A stretch of DNA of 64,000 nucleotides from a virus. The translations under genes and the position numbers were made by a program. The stretch lies in the IMG/VR virus record IMGVR_UViG_3300002498_000005, positions 1-64,000 of that record. The stretch is one strand, 5' to 3'. Position 1 is the stretch's first letter. Every line of letters begins with the position of its first letter. The notes beneath the pieces are model-generated. The model was given only the letters and a program-made list of their open reading frames with translations. It was not told where the DNA came from and did no database searches. This document shows, one piece after another, positions 50,545-61,724 of this stretch.

Positions 50545-50565
50545 TTAAATTTATAGGAGGTTAAT

Positions 50566-51039
50566 ATGGCTAATTTAATAAATCTTAGTAAAGTAAAAGC
50601 TAGCACAACTATTTTTGATATAGTTGCCCCTGCATCTTATGCCAACGGATATTTGGCTACTCTTGGAACTATTAATACTGATGGCACTTATGATTGTGCC
50701 GCTCCTGTTGCCGTTACTGATTTGGGAATGGTGGTAGTTCTGGCTGTGCCTTTGTCTTATGAGGCAGAAAAAGTTGAAAACGATTATGTAATTGCAACTG
50801 GCGAAATTGTAAGGGCTTATGTTCCGTATAGTGGTTTTGTTGTTGATGTCCCAGCCGCAAACATTACTGCTGGAGTCGCATTGGCTGCTGGAAAATATGT
50901 TATCCCTGTTGCTGGTGCTGGCAAAATGACTTCTGCTGATGCACTCGGTGGCACTGAGGCAGTCGCTTTTATAATTGATTCGCTTTACACTAAGTCTGGT
51001 GTGTCTATGGCTTCTATTAGATGCATCAAGGCAATATAA
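50566..51039 (+). CDS. Capsid decoration/cement-like protein
   Basis: Ala/Gly/Val-rich, between scaffold and capsid. Confidence 0.6.
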   Translation: MANLINLSKVKASTTIFDIVAPASYANGYLATLGTINTDGTYDCAAPVAVTDLGMVVVLAVPLSYEAEKVENDYVIATGEIVRAYVPYSGFVVDVPAANITAGVALAAGKYVIPVAGAGKMTSADALGGTEAVAFIIDSLYTKSGVSMASIRCIKAI

Positions 51040-51057
51040 GAAAGGAGGTTTAATATA

Positions 51058-52044
51058 ATGAATAAATTAACAGATTTACAAACACTCGCACTTGATACTT
51101 ATAGAAAAGCTCCTATCGGCTATTCCTTAGTCGAATCTAATGAAGCTGTCAGAAAAGCTGTTCGTGATGCCTGTGGTGGCGAATGGAATTACTATAATTT
51201 CATGAAAAATCAATGGGACGTATATGCAGTAATCGCTGAAGTCATGCCTGTTTCTATGAATGCATCGTTGGCAAATAAATTCAGTGGATTTGCAGACTTT
51301 ATAGATACTGCAATGGGAGACGAAAATAACTTCATTGTTGAGGATAATACACTTTTCCCAGTTTATACAGTTAGCCGTGGTAATGGAGACGTAGCTCGTC
51401 AGAAGATTTCTGGTAGAAGTTTCTCCGTAAGCACAGTTAATAAAGAAATTAAATTCTATGATGAATTTGATCGCTTTATGTCTGGTAAGATAGATTTTTC
51501 TGCTCTTACAGATAGGGCTTCGGCTTCTTATGCACATTATACAGGACAACTTATCTCTGATACTATTTATGGTTCTTATGCAAGTGTAAATACAAACAAT
51601 AAAGCTACTGGTGCTTATGATGCAGATACTCTTGCTGGCATTATAGAGCATACTAAAGCCGCTACTGGTGCAGACAGGCTTCAAATTTGGGGTACAACTA
51701 CTGCTCTTGGATATATCTCTGATGGCTTTGGATATTCTGATGGTGCTAAAGATGCAGCAAATCAGCTTGGCTTCTATGGTAATTTCCGTGGTACTGATTT
51801 AGTTGCTTTCCCACAAGCATATCTTCCACAATCTACTACTTTTGCGGTAAATGATGCTCACGTTATTATTCTACCTGCTAATGAAAAAATAGTTAAGGTT
51901 GCTTTTGAGGGAACACCTTTTGTTGGTATCACTGATGCAATGGCAAGAAGCGATAGACAAATGGAATTTGTTTATGGTCGTCGTGTAGGTGCCGCTGCTA
52001 TCACTGTTCCTGACAACATGTTCGGATTCTACAAATTCACTTAA
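51058..52044 (+). CDS. Major capsid protein
   Basis: 328 aa, strong RBS, position, followed by terminator. Confidence 0.8.
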   Translation: MNKLTDLQTLALDTYRKAPIGYSLVESNEAVRKAVRDACGGEWNYYNFMKNQWDVYAVIAEVMPVSMNASLANKFSGFADFIDTAMGDENNFIVEDNTLFPVYTVSRGNGDVARQKISGRSFSVSTVNKEIKFYDEFDRFMSGKIDFSALTDRASASYAHYTGQLISDTIYGSYASVNTNNKATGAYDADTLAGIIEHTKAATGADRLQIWGTTTALGYISDGFGYSDGAKDAANQLGFYGNFRGTDLVAFPQAYLPQSTTFAVNDAHVIILPANEKIVKVAFEGTPFVGITDAMARSDRQMEFVYGRRVGAAAITVPDNMFGFYKFT

Positions 52045-52057
52045 TAAAGTTTGATAT

Positions 52058-52080
52058 AGGGGTATTTTGAATACCCCTTT
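52058..52080 (+). terminator. Intrinsic terminator
   Basis: AGGGGTATT-TTG-AATACCCCT-TT. Confidence 0.65.
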
Positions 52081-52107
52081 CAAATTAAAATTAGAGAGGT
52101 ATTTTTT

Positions 52108-52761
52108 ATGGCTAGGCTAACAAAAATTGAAAGTATAGAAAAACAATTAAAGGGGTTAACCCCAGACGTTCAAAAATTAGTGGAAGAATTGCTTGCTGCT
52201 AAAACTAAAGATTTGACAGAAGAAAATAAAGCAATTAAAAAAGAATTAGAAACTCCAAAACAGAAATCTAATGGGCACAGATTTGTTCCAACTAATACAA
52301 AAGTTAAGATTCGTAGTAATATAGACGGTACGTTTATATTTTCTCACAATAAAGGGAAAGTTAATGTATTTATAACTCTGCCTAATTATGGCGATACTAT
52401 TGATTTAGATTATGATGAAATTAAAGTAGTTAATAACGCCAAAGGTAATTTTTTCAAAAAAGGCATTTTGTCTATTGACGATGTGATGTCCGAAGACGAA
52501 AACATTACTATTGAAGACGTATATTACGATTTAGGTATAGCAAAAATTTATAAGGGTAAGTTTACTCCATTAAATTTTGAAGAACTATTAGATAATAGTG
52601 TTTCATACCCAATATTTGAAAAATATTTGCTTGATAATAAAGAAGTCGCAGAAACGGTAATGATTATAAGTGCCATTCTGCACCGAGAAGGTAGACTTAA
52701 CGATAATGCTAAAATAGAATTTTTCAGAAAACATTTTAATAATAAAAATTTGTATAGGTAG
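52108..52761 (+). CDS. Hypothetical head-module protein
   Basis: Position after capsid. Confidence 0.6.
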   Translation: MARLTKIESIEKQLKGLTPDVQKLVEELLAAKTKDLTEENKAIKKELETPKQKSNGHRFVPTNTKVKIRSNIDGTFIFSHNKGKVNVFITLPNYGDTIDLDYDEIKVVNNAKGNFFKKGILSIDDVMSEDENITIEDVYYDLGIAKIYKGKFTPLNFEELLDNSVSYPIFEKYLLDNKEVAETVMIISAILHREGRLNDNAKIEFFRKHFNNKNLYR

Positions 52762-52772
52762 GAGGTGGGCTT

Positions 52773-53423
52773 ATGGCTACTTCTTTTAGTGTGCCATTTA
52801 GTTATTTCTTATCGCTATTGGATGACCATGATATTGCGACTAACTTAACGGATGAGCAATTAACAGACTTGTTATTTACTTTCATAAATCAATCCATGTC
52901 TTTATATTTCAAAAGTTGTGATGTTGATTTGGCAGATTATGAAATACCCGATTATTATACTCAAAGCTATACGGCAAGTGGTGCAAGCTCTGACTTTGTT
53001 TTGTCTCAATATCCTACATCACCAGACATCAATGCAATTACATACACGGTGACAGTAGATGGTACTGCGACAACCGCATATACTTTTACTGAGTCAACAA
53101 AAACATTTTCATTGACTTCAATTCCTACAGTTGGGCAAACAGTAGTTTGTTCGTATGAATTTATAGGGCAATTTAATAATCTAATTTCAAATGAAATCGC
53201 TTGGATTTTAGCTTATGGAATGATTATAGGATGGCTAAGTGGTAAAATGTATAACCCCTCGAAAATGAAAGAACGGTTAAGTTTAAAAGATTGGAATTCT
53301 TCACATTCTCCAGCAAACCTACTTAAGGAGCTTAGGATTTTATATGAGATGGCACAAACCAATTTAAGAAATTTAGTTGTGAGTTATAGTTTTAATAGTG
53401 GGTATAATTTTGATGAAGAATAG
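52773..53423 (+). CDS. Head-tail adaptor-like protein with inserted beta domain
   Basis: MATSFS..F; S.KDW..HSPANLL; Thr-rich insert. Confidence 0.6.
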   Translation: MATSFSVPFSYFLSLLDDHDIATNLTDEQLTDLLFTFINQSMSLYFKSCDVDLADYEIPDYYTQSYTASGASSDFVLSQYPTSPDINAITYTVTVDGTATTAYTFTESTKTFSLTSIPTVGQTVVCSYEFIGQFNNLISNEIAWILAYGMIIGWLSGKMYNPSKMKERLSLKDWNSSHSPANLLKELRILYEMAQTNLRNLVVSYSFNSGYNFDEE

Positions 53424-53517
53424 AGATGAGTTATTTATGACTTGTCTCTATTCTATTTATTTTGTAAATTAGCCTATATAATGTAGGCTTTTTAATAAAA
53501 GGGAGGTTTTGTTAGGC

Positions 53518-54396
53518 ATGGCATTAACAGAATATGGACAATTTTTTTCCAAGTGGTTTGGAGATGCTACTCCAAAAAATGCAAAAAAAGCAACTGGTAC
53601 ATTAACAATTTCTGGGGTGGTATCTGACGCACAAATTGTAACAGTAGGGTCAAAGACATATGAATTCGATATAGACAATACTATTACTGCGGGACGAATA
53701 AAAGTAGATATAGCAGACCTTAGAAATCAAGCAACTGGGACTCTTACATTTACTGGTGTACCTGTAGCGGCAGAAACTGTTACGGTTGGAACGGAAGTTT
53801 ATGAACTAGTAGCGGCAGCAGAAGATATAGCTGTTCCCACTAATATACCTGTTGTTCTTGGCGTAACTCTTACGGCAGATAATGCAGTTACGAAATTAGC
53901 CGAGGCAATTAGTGCAAACTCTGCTATTGTAGATGCGGTTGGCAATACAACTGCTGATACTGTTGTTTTAGTAGCTGATGTAAAAGGTACAGCTGGTAAT
54001 AGCATAGATACTACTACAACTTGTAGCAATGCAACTTTTGGCGGAGCAAATCTTAGTGGTGGGCTTGATACTATTACGGCTCCAAATGCAGTAACGGCAT
54101 TAGTTACGGCAATTACGGTAAATGATACTAGTGTTGTAGCAGCTGACGGAGCTGGGGATACAGTGGTTGTAACTTATGGCGTAGTTGGTACTGAAGGTAA
54201 TTCTATAGTAACCACAAAGACGATGACAAATGGTTTGTGGGCTGCCGCTACGCTTACTGGTGGGCAATATGCAACTCCATTTAAAGCAAGTGCTGGGTTT
54301 ATTATTATAAGCGGAACGTGGTATATTTGCACAAAACCTTGTGATAAATATACAACTGATGCGTGGTATAGTGCTTCTCCAACTATCATATCTTAG
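53518..54396 (+). CDS. Thr/Ala/Gly-rich virion structural protein
   Basis: Repeated ATGTLT and GT.GNSI.TT..LxGG units. Confidence 0.65.
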   Translation: MALTEYGQFFSKWFGDATPKNAKKATGTLTISGVVSDAQIVTVGSKTYEFDIDNTITAGRIKVDIADLRNQATGTLTFTGVPVAAETVTVGTEVYELVAAAEDIAVPTNIPVVLGVTLTADNAVTKLAEAISANSAIVDAVGNTTADTVVLVADVKGTAGNSIDTTTTCSNATFGGANLSGGLDTITAPNAVTALVTAITVNDTSVVAADGAGDTVVVTYGVVGTEGNSIVTTKTMTNGLWAAATLTGGQYATPFKASAGFIIISGTWYICTKPCDKYTTDAWYSASPTIIS

Positions 54397-54426
54397 TCAA
54401 AATATTAACGAGAGGTGGTGGTATAG

Positions 54427-55632
54427 TTGGGATTTTATGACAATTATCGCGCAAGAGTACAATCTACTTTAACTGATTCAGAATATGTTAATGAAGATAA
54501 TAGAAATTTAATTATTGAAAATTTTTTTGTACAGCCTAATTATTATAGCATTACTAAAAATTATGATGCGGTTACACACTATGATGTTTTAATTGCCGAA
54601 GAGAATAAGAAAAAAGATGCTGTTGGTTATAAAATATTAATTTCTTACCCATATACTACCACACAATTCTCTATTGGAGATTACATCAATTGGGAGTCAA
54701 AAGTATGGTTATTAACTACATTAGATTCCCAATATGATTATTCTATCGGCGGTAAAATCGTTGAAACTAATATTGATTTAAATTGGCTAGACGACAATTC
54801 TACATTAAAATCTTATCGTGCTTATGCAAATAACCGCATTTCTGATGCTGGGTTTAACGAAAATAAAAATTTATTTGCATTAAATGGAGATATAATTATT
54901 CGAGTTCAATCCAATGTTGACACTATTTCATTAAAAGAAAATAAAAGATTTATAATAAATGGCAATGCTTATAGAATAACAAATATTAATAATTTTGTTG
55001 ATGGGTTGCTTGAATTTTATATGGAATCTGCCGATGTGTCTGAATACGATGACATCATAAATAATATCGCCAATAACACAGATAATGTTTATACGCTTGA
55101 AATCAATCAAGATTCTTTTAATAATATTATTGGTTATTCTTCCACTTTATCCGCTACCGTTAAGTTAAATGATGACGTTGTGTCTAAAAGCGTTATTTGG
55201 TCAAGTTCCGCACCAACTAAAGTTTCTATAACTTCTGCTGGTGTAATTACTTGTCTTGCGCTTGGGAGCGCCGTTATTACGTGTAAAATGGCAGACAATG
55301 TATTAATAACAGACACGATAACAATTACTGTCGTTGCATCTACTACCCCTATAGAAGAAATACGTATTTTACCTAGCATTACAATGATTACACAAGGAGA
55401 TACGGTAAATTTTTCTGTGTATAAATATTTAAATAATGTTCAGCAGGTTAAAACATTTGCTGTAACTGCTTCTGGTGTGCCTAATTCTTATTACAATTTA
55501 ATAAATGTTGATGCCAATCATTTTAGCATTCAAAATCTACAAAGATATATTACTAATGATTTACATGTTTTATGTACATGTGACGATGGCACAACAGCAT
55601 CTTTTAACATTACCTTATTGGGATTGTGGTGA
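54427..55632 (+). CDS. Head-closure-like protein with Ig-like (Big_2) domain
   Basis: VIWSSSAPTKVSITSAGVIT..GSAVIT. Confidence 0.65.
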   Translation: MGFYDNYRARVQSTLTDSEYVNEDNRNLIIENFFVQPNYYSITKNYDAVTHYDVLIAEENKKKDAVGYKILISYPYTTTQFSIGDYINWESKVWLLTTLDSQYDYSIGGKIVETNIDLNWLDDNSTLKSYRAYANNRISDAGFNENKNLFALNGDIIIRVQSNVDTISLKENKRFIINGNAYRITNINNFVDGLLEFYMESADVSEYDDIINNIANNTDNVYTLEINQDSFNNIIGYSSTLSATVKLNDDVVSKSVIWSSSAPTKVSITSAGVITCLALGSAVITCKMADNVLITDTITITVVASTTPIEEIRILPSITMITQGDTVNFSVYKYLNNVQQVKTFAVTASGVPNSYYNLINVDANHFSIQNLQRYITNDLHVLCTCDDGTTASFNITLLGLW

Positions 55633-55707
55633 ATCCATAATTAAATTTTAAAGAATAATTTTCTTTGAATAATACATCATTTTTATTGGTTAATTTGGGG
55701 GTGAAAA

Positions 55708-57045
55708 ATGAATAAAATGATAAAGTCTACTTTAATTATTAACAATATTTCCTATAAAATAATTGGAGATTATAAAAATAAATATGAAAAAGTGATAATT
55801 GAAGATGATGATGGCTATAAATATTATATCTCCACGTATAGCATAATTCATAACCCAAACAAGCCAAGAATTTTTACTAAAAGCAATCCTTTCACGATAT
55901 ATAATATTAATCGTTGGCTCAATATTAATAACAAACAAATTGAATTAATTAGTGATAAATATATAAATACTCACGATATGTTAACGTTTAAATGTTTAAG
56001 TCCAAATTGTTTATCTATTTTTAATAATAGTTGGAGTAATGTGTATAGAGGGGTTGGGTGTCCTTATTGCAACGGTAAAAAAGTGAATGTTACGAATTGT
56101 TTAGCCACCATTAATCCAGAATTGGCGTTAGAATGGCATCCAGTAAAAAATGGAGATTTAACTCCATATAATGTTACGGCAAGAAACACCAGAAATGTTT
56201 GGTGGGTTTGTAAAAATGGACATGAGTGGGTTAGTTCAATTTATAACAGGGATAACGGGTCTGGGTGCCCATGTTGTTTTGGAGTAAAAGCGACAACGGA
56301 AAACAATTTGTTTGTTAATAATTTTAAATTATGTGAAGAGTGGGATTATAACAAAAACGCTAAATCTCCAGAAGATTATACCCCAAATTCTGGGCATAAA
56401 GTTTGGTGGAAGTGTAGTATTTGTAATCGAAGTTGGCAAGCTGTTATTAGGGACAGAAATTCTTCGCATTATGGTTGTCCATATTGTTCTGGAAAGCTTC
56501 CAACTGAAGAATATAATTTATTGGTTTTATATCCAGATATTTGTGCAGAATGGGATTATTTAAAAAATTTAAAGTCTCCCGAAACATATCTGCCACATTC
56601 AAAGGAGCATGTATGGTGGACATGTAAAAATAATCATCATTATAAGGCTCAAATTTCTAATAGAGTGTATGGCACAGGATGCCCTATATGTAAACAATCT
56701 AAAGGAGAATTAACAATTCAAAATTGGTTGTTAAATAATAAATTTTATTTTGAACCAGAATTTTCTTTTGATGGGTTAATCGGCGATGCTAGGTATCCAT
56801 TACGTTTTGATTTTGCTATATTTAATGATGAAGAAAAAACAAGTTTAAATTGTTTGATTGAATATGACGGGGAATTTCATTTTAAACAATATTTTAAAGA
56901 ACAAAATTATCGAAAAATGCAAAGATATGATAAAAAGAAAAATGAATATTGCGTTAAACATCATATCCAATTACTTCGTATCCCATATTGGGACTTTAAT
57001 AATATTGAAGAAATTTTAAGTAGGGAGTTGATGTTTAAAAAATGA
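55708..57045 (+). CDS. Free-standing endonuclease: zinc-ribbon repeats plus C-terminal PD-(D/E)xK-like domain
   Basis: Repeated EW..KN..P..VWW.C..GCP.C; FDFAI..IEYDGEFH..LLRIPYW. Confidence 0.8.
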   Translation: MNKMIKSTLIINNISYKIIGDYKNKYEKVIIEDDDGYKYYISTYSIIHNPNKPRIFTKSNPFTIYNINRWLNINNKQIELISDKYINTHDMLTFKCLSPNCLSIFNNSWSNVYRGVGCPYCNGKKVNVTNCLATINPELALEWHPVKNGDLTPYNVTARNTRNVWWVCKNGHEWVSSIYNRDNGSGCPCCFGVKATTENNLFVNNFKLCEEWDYNKNAKSPEDYTPNSGHKVWWKCSICNRSWQAVIRDRNSSHYGCPYCSGKLPTEEYNLLVLYPDICAEWDYLKNLKSPETYLPHSKEHVWWTCKNNHHYKAQISNRVYGTGCPICKQSKGELTIQNWLLNNKFYFEPEFSFDGLIGDARYPLRFDFAIFNDEEKTSLNCLIEYDGEFHFKQYFKEQNYRKMQRYDKKKNEYCVKHHIQLLRIPYWDFNNIEEILSRELMFKK

Positions 57046-57590
57046 CTGAAGATGGTTACAATAAATTTACTGGGTTTTCAAACCTCCCATATAACATTAT
57101 TAGTAATCTAATTTTGAATGACGAGGAAATCTGGAAATTACTTAATTTCCCTACAAATGATGCGTTGGCGCAACCCAATTTAACATTGGCTCAAAAGGGA
57201 GCGTTAATTTATAAAGGGCAAGAAGATTCAACGCTATTTCGTGTTTTTACTACTCCGTTTGTTGATGATGCCTTTGAAGCAAGGCAAACTCATTTACACA
57301 TATACCCAGTTAAGGTATATCCAGAAAATTATGTAATGGGCGTGGTTGATTTTGCAATTGATATAATATGTCATAATAAAATTGCGATTTTATCTAATGC
57401 ATCAAATAGGTTGGACGTTATGTTTGAGCATATAATGAAAGCACTTAACGGTAGCGATATTGAAAGTGTTGGCACTTTATATTTTAATGCAGACAGACAG
57501 CATTCGGGAAGCGTAAGTAAACTTATGAGGGTTAATAATTTCTATACTGGCTATAGAATTATAATGAGTGTGAATTATGCAAATAGCTGA
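57042..57590 (+). CDS. Tail completion/terminator-like protein
   Basis: Position and size. Confidence 0.5.
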   Translation: MTEDGYNKFTGFSNLPYNIISNLILNDEEIWKLLNFPTNDALAQPNLTLAQKGALIYKGQEDSTLFRVFTTPFVDDAFEARQTHLHIYPVKVYPENYVMGVVDFAIDIICHNKIAILSNASNRLDVMFEHIMKALNGSDIESVGTLYFNADRQHSGSVSKLMRVNNFYTGYRIIMSVNYANS

Positions 57591-58464
57591 AAATAATAGT
57601 GTGCTTGAAAAATATTATAATTATAACAATGATATTTGGGGAATGCCACAGAAGTATAAAAACATATTGTTTTATCCACTGATGATTAATCAGCGAGAAG
57701 AATATGAAAATTTTTATACTTTATTTACGTTTAATAAAGACCAAATACCAGATAAAAATATTGGTAAAATGTCTTATCTTAAATTTCTTATTTGTATTTT
57801 GCCCAATGTTTATAGGACAGATATAAAAAATATTTTAATCGATTTTTTGAAAATAATAACTAAAACAGATAATGTTGAAATTTTTGATAATCAGAGCGAC
57901 GAAGATAAACTGGCTATAGCCAGTTTTTTTTCAATGGTTTCCGAAGAAGAAATCAATGAGAATAATATACATTATGAATTTTTCACTTTGGAACAATTAA
58001 ATAAACTTAAGTTTTTTATACAAATTGGTGATTCTAAATTTTCAGAATATGATTTTGATGTCATCCGAGAAATTATTTTAAAACAGTATGATTTAGATTT
58101 AGATTATATCCGTGCTTTTGATGCTACCTTGGAAGAGAACTTAAGGATTTTACATAGGGGTAATGACGTTACATTTGAAGAACATATATTTGCTTTTAGT
58201 GCTTTAATGAAAATCCCAATATGTGAAATAAAAAATATGTTTACAATCTATCAATTCAATAAAACCATTGAAAGATTGCATATTATAGAAGATTATGAAT
58301 CTATGAAAGGGTTAGAAAGTGCGGGTTTTATTAAATTTAAAAAAGGAGAAGTCGCACATTGGCTTTCTCACGTTCCGAAAAAAGGAAGATATGGTGATCT
58401 TCTAATCAAAAAAGAAGACTTTATAAAAGATAGTGATATTTTTAAAGCTTCAGAATCTAAATAA
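57577..58464 (+). CDS. Hypothetical tail-module protein
   Basis: Position. Confidence 0.55.
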   Translation: MQIAENNSVLEKYYNYNNDIWGMPQKYKNILFYPLMINQREEYENFYTLFTFNKDQIPDKNIGKMSYLKFLICILPNVYRTDIKNILIDFLKIITKTDNVEIFDNQSDEDKLAIASFFSMVSEEEINENNIHYEFFTLEQLNKLKFFIQIGDSKFSEYDFDVIREIILKQYDLDLDYIRAFDATLEENLRILHRGNDVTFEEHIFAFSALMKIPICEIKNMFTIYQFNKTIERLHIIEDYESMKGLESAGFIKFKKGEVAHWLSHVPKKGRYGDLLIKKEDFIKDSDIFKASESK

Positions 58465-58489
58465 AATTTTAAAGGGAGTATGATATAAT

Positions 58490-59521
58490 ATGGCTGATAA
58501 TACATTTTTAGTATCCGTTGCAAATGTTTTGGCATTAAACCCAACTACAAATGCAGCACTTTTTTACGGTAAAGCAAATCTTAACAGTGCTTTTACTCTA
58601 GCTATGCAAGCTACAGATGTAAGAGGAGGCATAAATAACCCTCGACTCTTTCAATTTGTCCATGATAGAGATTTAACTGTTTCAATTGAATCTGCAACTT
58701 TTGGTAAAGATATCCTTGCGCTTAATGTTGGTTCTACTATTGTAAATGGTTCGTTAAATGTGTGGAAGTCTGAGTGTGTCACTTTGGCTACAAACGTAGG
58801 AACTGTAACGGAAACTCCGATTGGTACTGTCAATGTCCAAAAGGCAGATGGAACTTGGGCTGTTGTAACTCCGTCAAGTAAGACAATTACTGTTAGTGGC
58901 GGAGGCGATACTAGTGTTTGGGTGCATTATCTATATGCTGACACAGTTGATCGCATTACAATTGGTACAACTACTCCTCCTAATGTTGTTAAATTAGTAT
59001 TTACAGCAGAAGTTAGAACACAAGCTGGCGGCGTCGTTGAGTATCTACAGATTGAAGTTCCATATTTCCAAGTTGATGGTAATTATGAACTTGCTCTTGC
59101 ATCAGATGGAGTTAGTACAGAGAAAATTACTGGTACTGCACTTAATGTTAATAGTACAACATGTGCAAATGGAGATTACTATGCATATGTTTCATGGATA
59201 CCAAATACAGCAACAGCTATTCCTTATGCTGATATTTTCGTTACACCAAACGTATTCGAGCCTGATGCGGGAGTTCTTGCAACTCAGCAATTGACGGTAA
59301 TGGGGGTACGTGGCGGTACTTATGCTAATGTAAATATTACTTCACTTTGTACTTTTGCGAAGAATGTCGCTGGCGACGCAGACATTTCTGTTGGCGCGTC
59401 AACTGGGTTAATTTCCGTAGCTGCAACATCAACGGCGGCAGACACAGCAGTAATTACGGCAACTTATACAGACGGAACCGTTACATTAACAGATGATTGC
59501 ATCGTTACTGTACAAGCATAA
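58490..59521 (+). CDS. Major tail tube protein with C-terminal Ig-like domain
   Basis: DVRGG.NN motif, Thr/Val-rich, terminator follows. Confidence 0.75.
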   Translation: MADNTFLVSVANVLALNPTTNAALFYGKANLNSAFTLAMQATDVRGGINNPRLFQFVHDRDLTVSIESATFGKDILALNVGSTIVNGSLNVWKSECVTLATNVGTVTETPIGTVNVQKADGTWAVVTPSSKTITVSGGGDTSVWVHYLYADTVDRITIGTTTPPNVVKLVFTAEVRTQAGGVVEYLQIEVPYFQVDGNYELALASDGVSTEKITGTALNVNSTTCANGDYYAYVSWIPNTATAIPYADIFVTPNVFEPDAGVLATQQLTVMGVRGGTYANVNITSLCTFAKNVAGDADISVGASTGLISVAATSTAADTAVITATYTDGTVTLTDDCIVTVQA

Positions 59522-59551
59522 CAATTTTATACTATTAATTACTAGCGATTT

Positions 59552-59583
59552 GAGGGGAGTGTATTTTATAATGCACTCCTCTT
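59552..59583 (+). terminator. Terminator-like hairpin
   Basis: GAGGGGAGTGTATT/AATGCACTCCTCTT. Confidence 0.55.
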
Positions 59584-59662
59584 AAATATTACTTAGACAA
59601 ATCTCAGAGCTTAAATAATAAATTCTGATTAAATATATTTTAAAAAATAATGGGGTGAAAGC

Positions 59663-59929
59663 ATGGCAGATGAAAATAAGATTGAAGTTGAAGAAATAAC
59701 TTCTGAGCTAATAAAAAAACAATCAGTTTCCAAACCATATAAGCCTAAATCTACAAAACAAATTTGTAACGTAATAAATAAAACAGATAGAAGATTCGCA
59801 ATCGATTTTAATGGTTGTGGCATTGGTTTTATAGATAAAACTCCTAATAAAACTTCACAAGTTGAAGTTTCTTACATTGGAGAATTCGGAACCAAATCAT
59901 TTAAAATCGAATCATATAAATTTATTTAA
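59663..59929 (+). CDS. Hypothetical protein
   Basis: GGGGTG RBS. Confidence 0.55.
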   Translation: MADENKIEVEEITSELIKKQSVSKPYKPKSTKQICNVINKTDRRFAIDFNGCGIGFIDKTPNKTSQVEVSYIGEFGTKSFKIESYKFI

Positions 59930-59947
59930 CAAGGATGGTGTTTAAAT

Positions 59948-60286
59948 TTGGTTAAGACAATTCACACATTTCATGATGCTATAGTAGCTACTGGGGATGG
60001 TACCACATTAAAATTAAATTTTGATATGTCTCCAGAAGCAGTTTTAGTATTTGCTATTACTGGGACGGCAACTGCAAGGACTGTAGACTTTAAAGCATTA
60101 GATACCAATGGGAAATATACTGATCTTTTATGCACAAATCTTAAGGCTGGTACTACGGCAGTTAAATCTACGGCGACGACTGATGATGTTTGGAAAGTTG
60201 CGGTGGCTGGTTTAGCGGGCGTACAATGTGTCGTATCTGCTGTTTCTGGCGGGAATCTTACCGTGACGGGTAAACTTGTTATCTAA
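59948..60286 (+). CDS. Small beta-rich structural-like protein
   Basis: Thr/Ala/Val-rich. Confidence 0.55.
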   Translation: MVKTIHTFHDAIVATGDGTTLKLNFDMSPEAVLVFAITGTATARTVDFKALDTNGKYTDLLCTNLKAGTTAVKSTATTDDVWKVAVAGLAGVQCVVSAVSGGNLTVTGKLVI

Positions 60287-60287
60287 T

Positions 60288-60303
60288 TAAAATACATATT
60301 TTA
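60288..60303. repeat. TAAAA-N6-TTTTA site left of the tail-region recombinase unit
   Basis: TAAAA-TACATA-TTTTA. Confidence 0.65.
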
Positions 60304-60393
60304 TCACACAAAAGACACTACATATTGTGGTTGAACAATGGTCTTACCACCATATATAGTATGCTTAAAACCAAAGTAAAGGAAAATTGAAAA

Positions 60394-60675
60394 ATGAATA
60401 ACGATTACATCTGGACAACTACGGACATTAATCATGTGGCTTATTTGATTTCCGTCGGTGGATTTAAAATCCAAGACTTTCATAAAGAAAATAAAAACGG
60501 CAAAGAAGTCGTAAGTTTTGTATTTTATGAATCCGAGACCACAATTAACAATGAACTAAGAAACTATATTAATAGTGAAATCGCTAAATTTAATCAATCA
60601 AAAAATGAACTCCTTTCTCTTATCAGGCAAAATAAATTAACTAAAGAAGAAATGCTAGGTAAAGTCAATGGGTAG
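60394..60675 (+). CDS. Small hypothetical protein coupled to the recombinase
   Basis: TTDINHVAYL..GF..VSFVF; overlaps recombinase start. Confidence 0.6.
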   Translation: MNNDYIWTTTDINHVAYLISVGGFKIQDFHKENKNGKEVVSFVFYESETTINNELRNYINSEIAKFNQSKNELLSLIRQNKLTKEEMLGKVNG

Positions 60676-61696
60676 ATCGTCAGTTTATAATAGCATAACC
60701 TCCGATGAAACATGGGAAGCGGTTAATAAAAAAAATAAGAGTTTATTGAATGAATTTATTGATTATTTGCGGTCTACTGATAAATCTGCATTAACTATTG
60801 TTAATTATGAAAGCGATTTAAAGATTATATTTACGTGGTGTGCGCTTGAAAATGATAACAAATTTTTCGTTGAATTTACAAAAAGGGATATAATTAAATG
60901 TCAAAATTATTTACTCAATGAGATGAAACTTGGGTCTAGCCGTATCAGACGTATGAAAAGTAGTATGTCTAGTTTATCGGGTTATATTGAAAATATTTTG
61001 GACGAAGATTTTCCAGAATTTAGAAATATTATAAATAAAATACCTCACCCCGCTCCTAATGAAGTACGTGAAAAAACTATAATGTCAGAAAAAGATGTGG
61101 ATAAATTACTGAATTACTTAGTTGAACATAAAGAGTATCAGAAAGCGTGTGCGGTTGCATTGGCTGTTTGTAGTGGAGCAAGAAAAGCTGAGTTGCTTCG
61201 ATTTAAAGCATCTTATTTTATTGATGAAAATATTATATACGGTTCACTTTATAAAACTCCAGAAAAGATAAAAACGAAAGGGCACGGAGTCGCAGGTAAA
61301 AAAATCTTCAAGTACGTTCTTATGAACAGGTTTCAATTATATTTTGATTTATGGGTGAAAGAAAGAGAAGAGCTTGGCGTTAATATCGATGACTTGTTTA
61401 TCAATAATGAAGACGATCAATATGTATGTGCGAGTATATCTATGTTAAATAGTTGGGCTAATTCATTTTCGAAAATAATTGAATTAGATTTTTATTGGCA
61501 TTCATGCCGACATTTTTTTACAACATATCTTTCAAAGGCTAATGTTCCCGCCGAGATTATAAAGGAAATATCTGGGTGGTCGTCCATAGATATGGTATCA
61601 AGATACGACGATACTGAAGTAGACGAATCTTTAGGCAAGTATTTTAATGCTAATGGCATTAAAAATACAGAATCTAAATCATTAAGTGATTTATAA
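60668..61696 (+). CDS. Tyrosine recombinase in the tail module
   Basis: SGARKAEL, KTKG, HSCRH, GWSS.DMVSRY. Confidence 0.9.
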   Translation: MGRSSVYNSITSDETWEAVNKKNKSLLNEFIDYLRSTDKSALTIVNYESDLKIIFTWCALENDNKFFVEFTKRDIIKCQNYLLNEMKLGSSRIRRMKSSMSSLSGYIENILDEDFPEFRNIINKIPHPAPNEVREKTIMSEKDVDKLLNYLVEHKEYQKACAVALAVCSGARKAELLRFKASYFIDENIIYGSLYKTPEKIKTKGHGVAGKKIFKYVLMNRFQLYFDLWVKEREELGVNIDDLFINNEDDQYVCASISMLNSWANSFSKIIELDFYWHSCRHFFTTYLSKANVPAEIIKEISGWSSIDMVSRYDDTEVDESLGKYFNANGIKNTESKSLSDL

Positions 61697-61724
61697 ATAT
61701 TGCGAGGTGCAAACCTCGTTGATA

